38,114 nt of DNA from a virus (IMGVR_UViG_3300009095_000007:1-38114), one strand, 5' to 3'; positions 18,237 to 27,500 are shown, counted from the stretch's first letter. Notes: generated by a model not told the origin, from the letters alone. A program made the numbers and translations.

Positions 18237-18388
18237 CCTCTTTCTCTTTTAAGAGAAATTTTGGTTATACTGATTTGTGTACGGAATGTAAGTACAAAAA
18301 CAGGGATAAAGAACCTCTTAAAAAAATGCGGAAGCTGTTTCCAGCGACTTGTGGACTACTGGGAACGGGTAAAAAGCGTAGGAGTTAG
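18188..18388 (+). CDS. Small Zn-finger protein
   Basis: KTCKKCGKEK...CTEC. Confidence 0.55.
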   Translation: MPHLKTCKKCGKEKCVTSFSFKRNFGYTDLCTECKYKNRDKEPLKKMRKLFPATCGLLGTGKKRRS

Positions 18389-18390
18389 AA

Positions 18391-18645
18391 ATGGCTAAGA
18401 AAGAATCAGCGCGTGCAAAAAAAGAGCACGAAGCAGCAGCGGGTCGCAAGTACAATCGTTCTAAAGAGCACCGTGAGCATGAAGCAGCAGGCATGAAAAA
18501 AGCGATGAAGAAAGATCATCCTAAGAAACATGAGTCTGCTAAAGAGAAGAAAGAGCATGAAGCAGCGGCAGGACGTAAATATAATCGTTCTGAGAAGCAT
18601 CATAAAGCTGAGTCTCGTGGCATGAAAAAAGCGATGAAGAAGTAA
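18391..18645 (+). CDS. Lys/His/Ala-rich basic protein made of a tandem duplication
   Basis: KKEHEAAAGRKYNRS...GMKKAMKK occurs twice; AGGAG RBS. Confidence 0.75.
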   Translation: MAKKESARAKKEHEAAAGRKYNRSKEHREHEAAGMKKAMKKDHPKKHESAKEKKEHEAAAGRKYNRSEKHHKAESRGMKKAMKK

Positions 18646-18692
18646 CCCTGAGGGGCTTTCGTATTCTTCGGACGCCCCCTTCTTGAGGAAAC

Positions 18693-18827
18693 ATGGATAA
18701 ATTGATCAAATCTACTCTTGATGCAGTTCGTAAGAAGCTCAAGAAGTCTGAAGATAAGCTAATCAGCAAAGATAAGAAACTAGACAAACAATGCCCGGCT
18801 CGTAAAAAAGCTGATCGGAGGAGGTAA
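18693..18827 (+). CDS. 44-aa Lys-rich protein (not in the ORF track)
   Basis: MDKLIKSTLDAVRKKLKKSEDKLISKDKKLDKQCPARKKADRRR; GAGG RBS; TAATG coupling to the next gene. Confidence 0.6.
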   Translation: MDKLIKSTLDAVRKKLKKSEDKLISKDKKLDKQCPARKKADRRR

Positions 18828-19084
18828 TGGGTCATTATAAACCAGCAAAAGACCGTCTTTACTCTGCCAAGGCTGAGAAGAAGATGGACAAGGTCTACAA
18901 AGAATTCGGTGAAGGGAGACTGCACAGTGGTTCTAAACATGGACCTATCGTAACCAGCGATAAGCAGGCATCGGCGATTGCCATTTCAGAGGCAAAACGA
19001 AAAGGATACAAAGCTGGAGAGCATTGGGAGAAATCTCACCGCACTCATCATAGCCATGCTATGAAACACAAAACAGCGAGGTAA
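18827..19084 (+). CDS. DUF6496-like small basic protein
   Basis: KVYKEFGEGRLHSGS..GPIVTSDKQASAIAISEA motif (family recalled from memory). Confidence 0.65.
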   Translation: MGHYKPAKDRLYSAKAEKKMDKVYKEFGEGRLHSGSKHGPIVTSDKQASAIAISEAKRKGYKAGEHWEKSHRTHHSHAMKHKTAR

Positions 19085-19086
19085 TT

Positions 19087-19395
19087 ATGGCAAGAGATAC
19101 AGCGAATAGAGTTAAGATCGGCAAAGGGATGACCATCGCTCGTGGAGAGGAGTCCAAGCTATCAAAGAAGCCAGGATCTAGCAACGTGGGGGAATATAAA
19201 AATGTTTCTAAGTCTGATTTCGCGGGCCCAAGCGGCGGAGCGGCACGTGGTAGCTACCCCATCAACAACATCAAGAGAGCACGTGCAGCGCTTTCATATG
19301 CTCACAATGCCCCGAATCCTTCAGGCATCAAGAAGAAGGTATACTCCAAGTATCCTGAGCTTAAGAAACGTCACGAGGAAAGAGAGGGCAAGTAA
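19087..19395 (+). CDS. Small basic hypothetical protein
   Basis: YPINNIKRARAALSYA motif of small phage proteins; GAGG RBS. Confidence 0.65.
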   Translation: MARDTANRVKIGKGMTIARGEESKLSKKPGSSNVGEYKNVSKSDFAGPSGGAARGSYPINNIKRARAALSYAHNAPNPSGIKKKVYSKYPELKKRHEEREGK

Positions 19396-19580
19396 TGGTA
19401 GCGGAAATAAAGATCACTCTCAAGAACGAGAGCAAAGAGCAAAAGACGCCCGTGCTAGAGTATGAAGAGTTTCGCCTAAGCCTGGACGATCCTATTCTTA
19501 AAGCACACATAGAAGCGGCTCGTAAAGAGTTCGGTCAGGAAGTAGATAAAGGACACTTAACTATTCGGATGGAGCTTTAG
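19395..19580 (+). CDS. Hypothetical protein
   Basis: TAATG coupling to the previous gene. Confidence 0.55.
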   Translation: MVAEIKITLKNESKEQKTPVLEYEEFRLSLDDPILKAHIEAARKEFGQEVDKGHLTIRMEL

Positions 19581-19710
19581 AAGATTTCAACGCAAAAGCA
19601 ATGAGCCTTTTGATCTCCTCAGACATAGAGGTGTTCCTGTTGAAGCAGTGCATAACGAAGTCTTTCTTCAACTCTTTAGGAATCCTGATGAGGATTGTCT
19701 TGTTTTCCAT
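19561..19710 (-). CDS. Ribbon-helix-helix (Arc/ParG-like) DNA-binding protein
   Basis: KTILIRIPKELKKDF...TSMSEEIKRLI pattern; ATG at 19710 with AAGGG RBS. Confidence 0.75.
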   Translation of the reverse strand: MENKTILIRIPKELKKDFVMHCFNRNTSMSEEIKRLIAFALKSSKAPSE

Positions 19711-20140
19711 GTTTTCCCTTCTTTTTAGGGTGCTGTTTTTTTGAAGTGCTCTTACTTTCATGGGGGTTCTTTTCCTCAGCAGTAAACAAATCTTTGATCA
19801 ATTTGAGTATATGTACGAGATCATAGTGATTAAGAGGGGATTGCATAGCATTAGTTGGGAGAGCTTCCAGTTGCTGGATGGTGGATTCTAGCCTTTCTAG
19901 TCTTCCAATAGGTTTATCCGAGGTTTCTCCCTCTTCTACACCAATGTCTTTGAAGACTGGAGTGAACTCTTTTCCGTTATCATCGATTCTTAAGAAGTTC
20001 TTAGGATTACGAAAGGAAACCTCGTACTTGGTCTCCCCTCCACTGATAGAAATCTCGCCACACTTGCACGAGACGTAGTCAAACTGATGAAAGCTCTCTA
20101 TAGTCTCATAGCACAGCTTGCATTTTGCTCTGTTTCTCAT
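19676..20140 (-). CDS. Zn-binding hypothetical phage protein
   Basis: NRAKCKLC..IES..FDYVSCKCGEISISGG. Confidence 0.7.
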   Translation of the reverse strand: MRNRAKCKLCYETIESFHQFDYVSCKCGEISISGGETKYEVSFRNPKNFLRIDDNGKEFTPVFKDIGVEEGETSDKPIGRLERLESTIQQLEALPTNAMQSPLNHYDLVHILKLIKDLFTAEEKNPHESKSTSKKQHPKKKGKHGKQDNPHQDS

Positions 20141-20342
20141 AAAGCTCCTGGATAGCCCTCTTGGGATCTCGCTTTAGGAAATAAGGATCTTCCTCTAAGA
20201 GAGCATCCACGATAGTCTCCAAGGGAGAACCATACCAAAGATCTATTGGCCATATATCGATAAGGTCGGCTAAAGCACGATCTAACTCATCGTCCATGAG
20301 CATCAAATCTACTAGTTTATGGATAACACTTGAGTGTCTCAC
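20106..20342 (-). CDS. Hypothetical protein
   Basis: GTG start at 20342 preceded by GGAGG on the minus strand. Confidence 0.55.
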   Translation of the reverse strand: MRHSSVIHKLVDLMLMDDELDRALADLIDIWPIDLWYGSPLETIVDALLEEDPYFLKRDPKRAIQELYEKQSKMQAVL

Positions 20343-20461
20343 CTTTCCTCCTGAGCTGTGTATCAATATATATAAATATCACTTTATAGCAAATTATTTT
20401 GATAGCTTTATAGCACCCCATCTTGATATACAATTCTTTAAAACTTAACAGATTTGGTAGC

Positions 20462-21088
20462 ATGGCTGAAAAAGTTGATAAAAGAAGAAGGCCTAAGGGG
20501 CCAACTCCTACCGAGAAGAAAAAAGCTATCCTAAAGAAAAAGGCAGCTGAGTTTGATAAGAAACATGGAATCAAACCCGGGAGAGACGCAAAAGGTAGGT
20601 TTGGTCCAGGTAATCCGTATGGTGGATTTCAAGAGACAGCTGGGAGACCCGAATTATACCATGAGAAATGGTTAGAAAGTGAACTTAATGCAATGGCTGA
20701 ATGGGTTCAAGACCCTCAAAATATCTATCTAAATAAGTTCTGTGCTCAGCGTGGATATCTCTTTAAAAGGCTCCAAGAAGCAGTAAAAAGGCACCCGAGA
20801 TTTACGGAAACTTTAGAAATGATTCAACAAATGCTACACTCAACTTGGATTGAAGGCGCCTCTTTTAAGAGAATGTCCGAGAGTATGGCTAAGCTCTTTT
20901 TGACACAGTGGAAAGTAATAGATCCTGTTGAAACGACCCTTGTAGTAAAGAACAACAATCCCCTTGCTCAAGCAGTTCTAGAATCGATGGATACCTCAAG
21001 AGATATAGTGCATGATCCAGAAAGAAGTAGCAAAAGAGTTTCTGATGAATCCTCTCTGGAGGATAGAGAATCTCTACAAGATAATTGA
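20462..21088 (+). CDS. terS: Terminase small subunit (putative)
   Basis: GRFGPGNP...GRPELY motif; immediately upstream of and overlapping terL. Confidence 0.7.
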   Translation: MAEKVDKRRRPKGPTPTEKKKAILKKKAAEFDKKHGIKPGRDAKGRFGPGNPYGGFQETAGRPELYHEKWLESELNAMAEWVQDPQNIYLNKFCAQRGYLFKRLQEAVKRHPRFTETLEMIQQMLHSTWIEGASFKRMSESMAKLFLTQWKVIDPVETTLVVKNNNPLAQAVLESMDTSRDIVHDPERSSKRVSDESSLEDRESLQDN

Positions 21089-22487
21089 TAAGTACGGCCA
21101 AAAGCGTACTTTTAAGATGAACTGGGCCCAGAAGGAGCTCTATGACAATTTTTGGTATTGCAACGTCGTGCTCAAAGCTCGGCAGCTGGGGATCTCCACC
21201 TTTATCTGTCTGCTTTTTCTTGATCGTTGTGTATTCAATCGCAATATGGCTGCTGGCATCATTGCTCATACAAGGGAAGATGCCGAATACCTTTTCAAAC
21301 GTATTAAATTTGCTTACGACAGCCTCCCTGAAGATGTACGCCAAGAGGTTGTGGCAACTAATGATAGTGCGCGCGAACTTGTGTTTACAAATGGCAGTTC
21401 TATTCGTGTGGGTACTTCTATGCGAGGTAGCACTCTTAATTTTCTACATATCTCGGAATTTGGGAAGATATGCGCTAGGTTTCCTGATAAAGCTGAAGAG
21501 ATCATTACTGGATCGCTTAATACGGTGGCTCCGGGGCAATACGTAGTCATTGAGTCTACGGCTGAAGGGCGAGCTGGCTACTTCTACGACATATGCAAAA
21601 AGGCCGAGAAAACCCGTTCAGAGGATCTAACCGACCTAGACTTTCGCTTCCACTTCTTCCCCTGGTGGAAAGAGCCTGCTTATCGCACAGGGTCCGTAAT
21701 TGCTTTTGATCAAGACGTGCTAGAATATTTTGAATACCTAGAAGGTAAAGGAATAAAGATAGATCAGGAGCAAAGAGCGTGGTATGCCTTGAAATCCCAG
21801 ACTCAAGGCGATAACATGATGCGTGAGTACCCTTCTACGTCTGAAGAGTCTTGGATGTCTGCTATCGATGGTTCTTACTATGCGAAGCAAATGAACTTGG
21901 CTCGCGCAGAAGGACGCATTGGATTTATTCCTTATGACGAAAATCTACCAGTTCATACTTGCTGGGATCTCGGTTACAACGATTCTACTGCTATATGGTT
22001 TTGTCAGCTGGTTGGCAAAGAAATTCGACTAATTGACTATGTAGAAGGCTCAGGAGAATCCCTAGCTCACTGGCTGGGCGTTGTAAAATCTAAGCCTTAC
22101 ATCTATGACAAACATATTGGGCCTCATGACATATTGGCCCACGAGTACTCTACTGGTATGACGCGGCAGGACTCAGCCCGTAAGATGGGGATGAACTTCA
22201 TTGCTAGTCCTCGCGTTGACGTTCTACAAGGAATCGATCTTGCTAGAGGAATTATTTCTAGATGTTGGTTCGACGAGACCAAGTGCGCCAGAGGAGTTCA
22301 ATCTCTTGAAAATTATACCAAAGAATGGGATGAAAAACGCGTTTGCTGGAAATCACGTCCCCTCCACAACCAATTCTCCCACGGGGCGGATGCCTTTAGA
22401 TATCTTGCCATCTCTCTTCATATCCTAGATAAAGGCGACTACAACCCAGGAACTTTAGGAGGTTTTCGTCCTCGAAGTAGATTTTAA
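21012..22487 (+). CDS. terL: Terminase large subunit
   Basis: LKARQLGIST Walker A, LHISEFG Walker B, ESTAEG coupling motif, nuclease WDLG and SHGADAFRY. Confidence 0.95.
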   Translation: MIQKEVAKEFLMNPLWRIENLYKIIDKYGQKRTFKMNWAQKELYDNFWYCNVVLKARQLGISTFICLLFLDRCVFNRNMAAGIIAHTREDAEYLFKRIKFAYDSLPEDVRQEVVATNDSARELVFTNGSSIRVGTSMRGSTLNFLHISEFGKICARFPDKAEEIITGSLNTVAPGQYVVIESTAEGRAGYFYDICKKAEKTRSEDLTDLDFRFHFFPWWKEPAYRTGSVIAFDQDVLEYFEYLEGKGIKIDQEQRAWYALKSQTQGDNMMREYPSTSEESWMSAIDGSYYAKQMNLARAEGRIGFIPYDENLPVHTCWDLGYNDSTAIWFCQLVGKEIRLIDYVEGSGESLAHWLGVVKSKPYIYDKHIGPHDILAHEYSTGMTRQDSARKMGMNFIASPRVDVLQGIDLARGIISRCWFDETKCARGVQSLENYTKEWDEKRVCWKSRPLHNQFSHGADAFRYLAISLHILDKGDYNPGTLGGFRPRSRF

Positions 22488-22488
22488 T

Positions 22489-22518
22489 CATGTATATCGA
22501 TATATATTGATATACATG
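22489..22518. promoter_or_regulatory. Near-perfect 30-bp palindrome CATGTATATCGATATATATTGATATACATG, putative operator
   Basis: One mismatched pair; same core as 1697-1714; intergenic. Confidence 0.6.
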
Positions 22519-22775
22519 TGTCACTTTACCCATATGGAGCATATATGACAGTAGCTTCTCACACTGGAGCAACCACTCCCAAAGCAACTTATTTAGATCC
22601 TTTAAAAGACCTTAGCCCTATCTCTGAAGCAGAAAAGGCAAGCGGTAGAACAGATTTGCTTGTAAAAATAATATTAGAATCTCAGGCCTCTAAAAATGAA
22701 CTGCCTGCTTCTCCCACCTCACTAAAGAGAGCCCATTCGTTTAGAGTGTCTGTTGATTCTTTAATGCAGGAATAA
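22518..22775 (+). CDS. Hypothetical S/T/P-rich protein (start uncertain)
   Basis: ORF fills the gap after terL; GGAG precedes an internal ATG. Confidence 0.5.
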   Translation: MSLYPYGAYMTVASHTGATTPKATYLDPLKDLSPISEAEKASGRTDLLVKIILESQASKNELPASPTSLKRAHSFRVSVDSLMQE

Positions 22776-22879
22776 GGCGGTCGTCCCTGCGTCAGCTGAT
22801 CTTCGCTAGATGCTCAGCTAGCGCGCAGAGCGATATTGTATGTGGTTTTTTAACTTTGTCAAGGAAAAAACGGAGATAT

Positions 22880-23164
22880 ATGGAATACAAGATTGTTAGA
22901 ACTTATTCAGCTGGTGTTTTTGCTGGAGAGATAGAAAGTCGCAACGGACGCGAGGTGGTAATGAGGAATGCGCGTAGGCTTTGGTACTGGTCAGGCGCTG
23001 CGTCTTTGTCAGAACTTGCCATGAAAGGGGTTGCTAATCCTAAAGAGTGCAAGTTCCCTATTGCCGTCGATCGGGTAGAGTTATTAGAAGTCGTTGAGAT
23101 TTTAGATACCACTCCTGAAGCAAGAAAGTCCATAGAAGGGGTTCCTGAATGGACGGCGGGGTAA
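22880..23164 (+). CDS. DUF6948-like phage protein
   Basis: IVRTYSAGVFAG...NARRLWYWSGAASLSELAMKGV (family recalled from memory); GGAG RBS. Confidence 0.75.
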   Translation: MEYKIVRTYSAGVFAGEIESRNGREVVMRNARRLWYWSGAASLSELAMKGVANPKECKFPIAVDRVELLEVVEILDTTPEARKSIEGVPEWTAG

Positions 23165-23709
23165 TGGTAACAGTTTGCTCTGGCTTTGGCACTGGCTATG
23201 GCTCTGGCATTGGATCTGGCATTGGATCTGGATCTGGATCTGGCATTGGAGCTGTCTATGGCACTGGCTATGGCTCGGGGGATGGGGATGGCTCGGGGGA
23301 TGGCTATGCCGATGGCAACGGCTAATTTTAACAGGGTTTTTGAAATGAGTGATAGTAAAGGGGTTCCTGAATGGACGGCTATGTAAGGGTATCAGCTGGC
23401 TATGGCTTTGGCTCTGGGGTTGTTTCTGGCTATGGCGATGGCTATGGCTATGGGGATGGTTCTGGCTATGGGGCTGGCTATGGCTATGGGGATGGTTCTG
23501 GCTCTGGCGATTCGAAGGGCTCTGGCGATTCGAAGGGCTATGGGGATGGCTATGCCGATGGCTATGCCGATGGCTATGGCTATGGCTAATGTTAATGAGG
23601 CTTTTGAAATGAGTGATAGTAAAGAGGTTTCCGAATGGACGGCGCTGTAGAGGTAACACCTAACTGTGGTTATGGGGCTGGCTCTGGCTCTGGCTATGGT
23701 GATGGCTAG
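23149..23709 (+). repeat. Three tandem cassettes encoding Gly-X repeat peptides (ORFs 23149-23325, 23371-23589, 23635-23709)
   Basis: Each starts ATGGACGGC (MDG) and consists of GGCTAT/GGCTCT/GGGGAT hexamers; the cassettes are separated by a conserved spacer TTGAAATGAGTGATAGTAAAG.GGTT.C.GA. Confidence 0.75.
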
Positions 23710-23774
23710 TTTTAATGGGGTCTTGAAATGCGTGCCGGAAAAGAAGAGTTGGATGATCCAATTAAAGGAGCCTC

Positions 23775-24032
23775 GTGATGCATGAAGATGCCATAGAAGA
23801 CGAGAAGTATATTGTTGAGTGCTCAAATTGCTTTATAATCGAATGGAAGGAGAAAAAGGACATAAATAGACAAGCGATGATATGCGACTTTTGCCGCGAT
23901 CACCCTTTGTGCCAAATTCCTAATTCTCTAGAACAAGTTCAAAGGATGTTAGATGTATTACACGATAGCAGGGCCTCTAGGTTTCCCAATGTAATAAGAT
24001 CCATGTTCAATTATTTAAATAACAAGGGTTAA
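23775..24032 (+). CDS. Hypothetical Zn-finger protein
   Basis: Two CxxC pairs; AAGGAG RBS. Confidence 0.6.
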   Translation: MMHEDAIEDEKYIVECSNCFIIEWKEKKDINRQAMICDFCRDHPLCQIPNSLEQVQRMLDVLHDSRASRFPNVIRSMFNYLNNKG

Positions 24033-24033
24033 A

Positions 24034-24285
24034 ATGCTTAGATCAATTTTGGCTGTATTAGTGGCCGTATTCTCGTTATCGGCCAGTTACGCTGGTATTA
24101 TAACTCCCCCAAAGCCTGATACCTCCCCTGGTATGGGTGGAGGAGTAGACTTTCTAAAGTTTGAGATGGACGGTCATTGGTTCATCTACTTCAAGACTAG
24201 GTCAGAGAGGCCGCATGAGACGATCATGCATGCGCCTAGCTGTCCGTGTCGGGATAAGATTGAGAAGCCTAAGATGAGGGCGTGA
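24034..24285 (+). CDS. Small exported hypothetical protein
   Basis: Signal peptide ending ASYA; C-terminal HAPSCPC. Confidence 0.6.
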   Translation: MLRSILAVLVAVFSLSASYAGIITPPKPDTSPGMGGGVDFLKFEMDGHWFIYFKTRSERPHETIMHAPSCPCRDKIEKPKMRA

Positions 24286-24485
24286 TGGAGTGGATAAGCG
24301 TTAAAGACAGGTTGCCTGATATTGATTTAAAATGTCTATATACCGACGGAGAAGAAAAAAACATATACCTGGGATCTCTTGTTTCAGGAATGGGAAAAGA
24401 TGTTTACTGGTCTCATTATGACTTTTTAGAAGACACAGGAATAACCCATTGGATGCCCCTACCCTATCCACCGAAGGAGCGCTAG
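24282..24485 (+). CDS. DUF551 family protein
   Basis: MEWISVKDRLP...ITHWMPLP. Confidence 0.85.
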   Translation: MMEWISVKDRLPDIDLKCLYTDGEEKNIYLGSLVSGMGKDVYWSHYDFLEDTGITHWMPLPYPPKER

Positions 24486-24686
24486 ATGGAGTGGATAAGC
24501 GTTAAGAACAGGATGCCCCTTAGAAGACAGCAGGTTTTAGTAACTGATGGGGACGGCTATTGCATAGATGTGCTGTGGTATTTTGGCAAAGATGAAGAAG
24601 GTGAGGATATGTGGGGGAATAGTGAAAGAGTTTGGACAAATGAAATCGCTTATTGGCTAGTTATTCCACCATTAACAAAAAGGTAA
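24486..24686 (+). CDS. DUF551 family protein (second copy)
   Basis: MEWISVKNRMP...IAYWLVIPP; starts with the same DNA (GATGGAGTGGATAAGCGTTAA). Confidence 0.8.
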   Translation: MEWISVKNRMPLRRQQVLVTDGDGYCIDVLWYFGKDEEGEDMWGNSERVWTNEIAYWLVIPPLTKR

Positions 24687-24689
24687 CAG

Positions 24690-24887
24690 ATGGCAAACAA
24701 ACATGAATTAGAGCTGGGACTAACGGAAGCTGAGCTCGAGGCATACCGCGTAAAAGAGAACCGCAAGGTGGCCAGGGAGGCTTCTTGGCTTACGGATATA
24801 TTCCAGGAGCATGGGGTGAGTGTGACTGAGAGGCAGGAGGTGTTGAGGAGGGCGTTCAGGAAGTCTGAAGAGGAGAGGAAGAAATAA
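24690..24887 (+). CDS. Hypothetical protein
   Basis: 65-aa charged ORF with AAGGT RBS. Confidence 0.55.
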   Translation: MANKHELELGLTEAELEAYRVKENRKVAREASWLTDIFQEHGVSVTERQEVLRRAFRKSEEERKK

Positions 24888-24963
24888 CATCGACACTTAA
24901 AATTACCTGTATAGATGTTTAAAAACTTAACTGATAAGCTTAGGCTCACTATTATGAGGGCCT

Positions 24964-27066
24964 ATGTCATTTTATTATCCGCCATGGGAAAACGATCTCG
25001 AACCAAACCAAGTGAGCATCCGTCAGTGGCTTGATAACTTATACAGCAAGTTCCAGCCAATCGAACAATCGCGCTGGAATCAAAGTAATATCGATACTCT
25101 TTTCTACGCCGGCTCGCAGACATTCATAAACAGGTATTTTAACTACACGCCTGCCAACTCGATGCAGAACTTCTACTTCAACCTTCTGCAGCAGCCTGTT
25201 AACATGGTGACGGGATATCAACGTCAGCACAGAAAGGCGATCAACTACCTTCCTGGTCAAGGAGGAGATTCCTCCACCACTGACCAATACACCCGTCTGA
25301 TGACTCAGGTGTGTAATTCGCAGATGGTGCACGAGCAGTTCTCCAGAGCCTGTGAGCAATCTTGCATTGCTGGGATGGTATTGCTTCAGCCCTACCTTGA
25401 TTTTACTGGAAAAGATCCGGCTCAGGGTGAAATTAAGATGAAGCTATGGGAATACAACTCATTTTTAGTTGATCCCTATTTCCGCAACTACGATATGTCA
25501 GACGCTCAATTCGTCTGGTGTCAGGAGTACATTTCAAAGAAAGAAGCAGAAGAAAGATTTCCCGATCAGAAAGACCGAATCCTTCCGATGGCAGGAACTC
25601 CTCAGCGCTATGGATCATTCTATTTCTTGCCTGAAAACTACAATATGGCCCGCAACGATCTATTAGTTTTGTCATACGTATGGTATCGCTGGAAACGTAA
25701 AAGGAAAAAGCTCTATTCTAAGAGCAGAAATCAGTTTTTTGATTTCCAAGAGGACGAGGGAATTCTTCCTGAACTGCTCTCAGCAATTCCTGACTTAGAA
25801 GTTGTAGAAGTTACAGTGCCAACCTGGAAGTTAGCGGTCGTTTTAAACGATCAGCTGATGTATCAGGGTGATAATCCTCTTGGTTTTGATGATTGTCCCT
25901 TTATACCGGTGTTTTGGAACTATGAACCTCATAACAATTATTACGATCTTCGCGTGCGCGGTCTTGTACGGACTATGCGTGACTGTAACTACCTTCTTAA
26001 TCGGCGGATCATCTTAAATCATGATATCTCCGAGGCGACAATCCAAACTGGATGGAAGCGTAAAGTCGGAGCTGTTGCCAATGAAGATAACCTTAAAAAG
26101 TCCGGTCAAGGCTGGGATATCATCGTTAATCAGGGATATGAATTACAGGATATTGAAAAAATCCAACCTACTGCTGTTCCTGAATCAGACTTTGCTCTTG
26201 CTGATCAGCTAAGAAACTTAATCTTTGCCACTTCTGGAGTTGATCTAGAGAACTGGTCGGCGCAGAATGACAAGCAGGCCTCTACTCTTACAACTATGAT
26301 CAAGCAAGCAGCCAACCTTGTTGTGCTGCAAAAGTACTTCGATCAGTGGGATCTGGCACTCAAGCTAGTAGGTGAAAAGCTTCTTCAAATTGTTTTAAAC
26401 AACTGGAACGCGCAGAAAGTGGCCACCATCCTTCAGGAAGAACCCACCCCCCTGTTTTACAATAAGATCTTTTCAGAGTTTCAGGTGATCGTGGAGGAAG
26501 GACTTTTAACTCCAACTCAAAGAGCGTACCAAGCTCAACAGCTGCTTGAGATCAATTCTTCCTTTGGCAGAGAGGTGTTCCCACCGTCCTTTATCGTTAA
26601 AGATATGAATCTCGCCGGTAAAACAGAAGCGGTAAAATATCTACAACAACAGGAGATGCAAGCCAATGCCATCCAGCAAGAAGCAAGTACAATCCAGCAA
26701 GCCTTTGAGCAAGCAAAGCTGCAAGAAATGTACGCAAAAACAGCCTCTGCAATTGCCACCGCAAGAGAGCGACATTCAAGGTCTGACTCGAATATCGGAC
26801 TCTTTGAAGAAAGGCTGGCAGAGATCACTCGAAACCACGCTCTTGCTACTAAAGACCGCATGGAAGCACTTCAAAAGCTAGTTGAGACGATCGAGAAGTT
26901 TGGCGAACTTGAGACCATCTTGGCTGACCACCAGCTCAATCAGATGGAAATCGGTGAGCAAGTTGACGAAGAGAGAGGCAAAATGGATGCTCGAAGAACC
27001 TCTGCAGGAAACCGATTCATGGCAGAAATTCTTGGGGGTAACCCTATTAATCGAAACGCAGGATAA
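24964..27066 (+). CDS. Portal protein (P22-like)
   Basis: 700 aa; FNLLQQPVNMVTGYQR, GLVRTMRDCNYLLNRR and a Q/E-rich C-terminal coiled coil; lies between terL and the capsid gene. Confidence 0.85.
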   Translation: MSFYYPPWENDLEPNQVSIRQWLDNLYSKFQPIEQSRWNQSNIDTLFYAGSQTFINRYFNYTPANSMQNFYFNLLQQPVNMVTGYQRQHRKAINYLPGQGGDSSTTDQYTRLMTQVCNSQMVHEQFSRACEQSCIAGMVLLQPYLDFTGKDPAQGEIKMKLWEYNSFLVDPYFRNYDMSDAQFVWCQEYISKKEAEERFPDQKDRILPMAGTPQRYGSFYFLPENYNMARNDLLVLSYVWYRWKRKRKKLYSKSRNQFFDFQEDEGILPELLSAIPDLEVVEVTVPTWKLAVVLNDQLMYQGDNPLGFDDCPFIPVFWNYEPHNNYYDLRVRGLVRTMRDCNYLLNRRIILNHDISEATIQTGWKRKVGAVANEDNLKKSGQGWDIIVNQGYELQDIEKIQPTAVPESDFALADQLRNLIFATSGVDLENWSAQNDKQASTLTTMIKQAANLVVLQKYFDQWDLALKLVGEKLLQIVLNNWNAQKVATILQEEPTPLFYNKIFSEFQVIVEEGLLTPTQRAYQAQQLLEINSSFGREVFPPSFIVKDMNLAGKTEAVKYLQQQEMQANAIQQEASTIQQAFEQAKLQEMYAKTASAIATARERHSRSDSNIGLFEERLAEITRNHALATKDRMEALQKLVETIEKFGELETILADHQLNQMEIGEQVDEERGKMDARRTSAGNRFMAEILGGNPINRNAG

Positions 27067-27069
27067 TCC

Positions 27070-27432
27070 ATGAGAATTTTTCCCATGACTCAGATAGATG
27101 AAATGCTTCGCCACGCGGCAGACGTTCACTGTGATAAAGTTAAGATTACATCTGGCCCACATTACTACACCTTTAATCCTGAAGGCATCCAAAATGAAGT
27201 TTTGCGTGAGGTTTTTAACGCTAAAATGGATGAGATGGAGTGTGGGAGAGGTCATGGAGCAAGCAATTTTCACAACGTTCTTGTAGAGTGCTTTACAGGA
27301 GACACAGTGCAATGTCAGATGGTTTTGAGCCTTTTGGGGCGCCGTCCGTGCACACATCCTACATTTATCGATGCGCTAGCAGGATCTGAGGTTACTGAAG
27401 AACCTGGATTTTGGAATCACAAAAAGGTTTGA
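27070..27432 (+). CDS. Hypothetical protein
   Basis: 120-aa ORF directly after the portal gene. Confidence 0.55.
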   Translation: MRIFPMTQIDEMLRHAADVHCDKVKITSGPHYYTFNPEGIQNEVLREVFNAKMDEMECGRGHGASNFHNVLVECFTGDTVQCQMVLSLLGRRPCTHPTFIDALAGSEVTEEPGFWNHKKV

Positions 27433-27456
27433 AATTGAAACTTGGCACAGTATAAT
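27429..27456 (+). promoter_or_regulatory. Sigma70-type promoter TTGAAA-N16-TATAAT
   Basis: Near-consensus hexamers upstream of the ORF at 27501. Confidence 0.55.
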
Positions 27457-27500
27457 CAAAATTGTTAGTTAGTCCAAAGCTTTGGAATATGGAGGCCATA

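Noticed and set aside
23102-23826. MAMAM-, WLWLW- and HSHSH-type ORFs, and a possible CRISPR array
   Set aside because: These are alternative-frame readings of the Gly-X hexamer repeats; there are no constant repeats with unique spacers and no cas genes.
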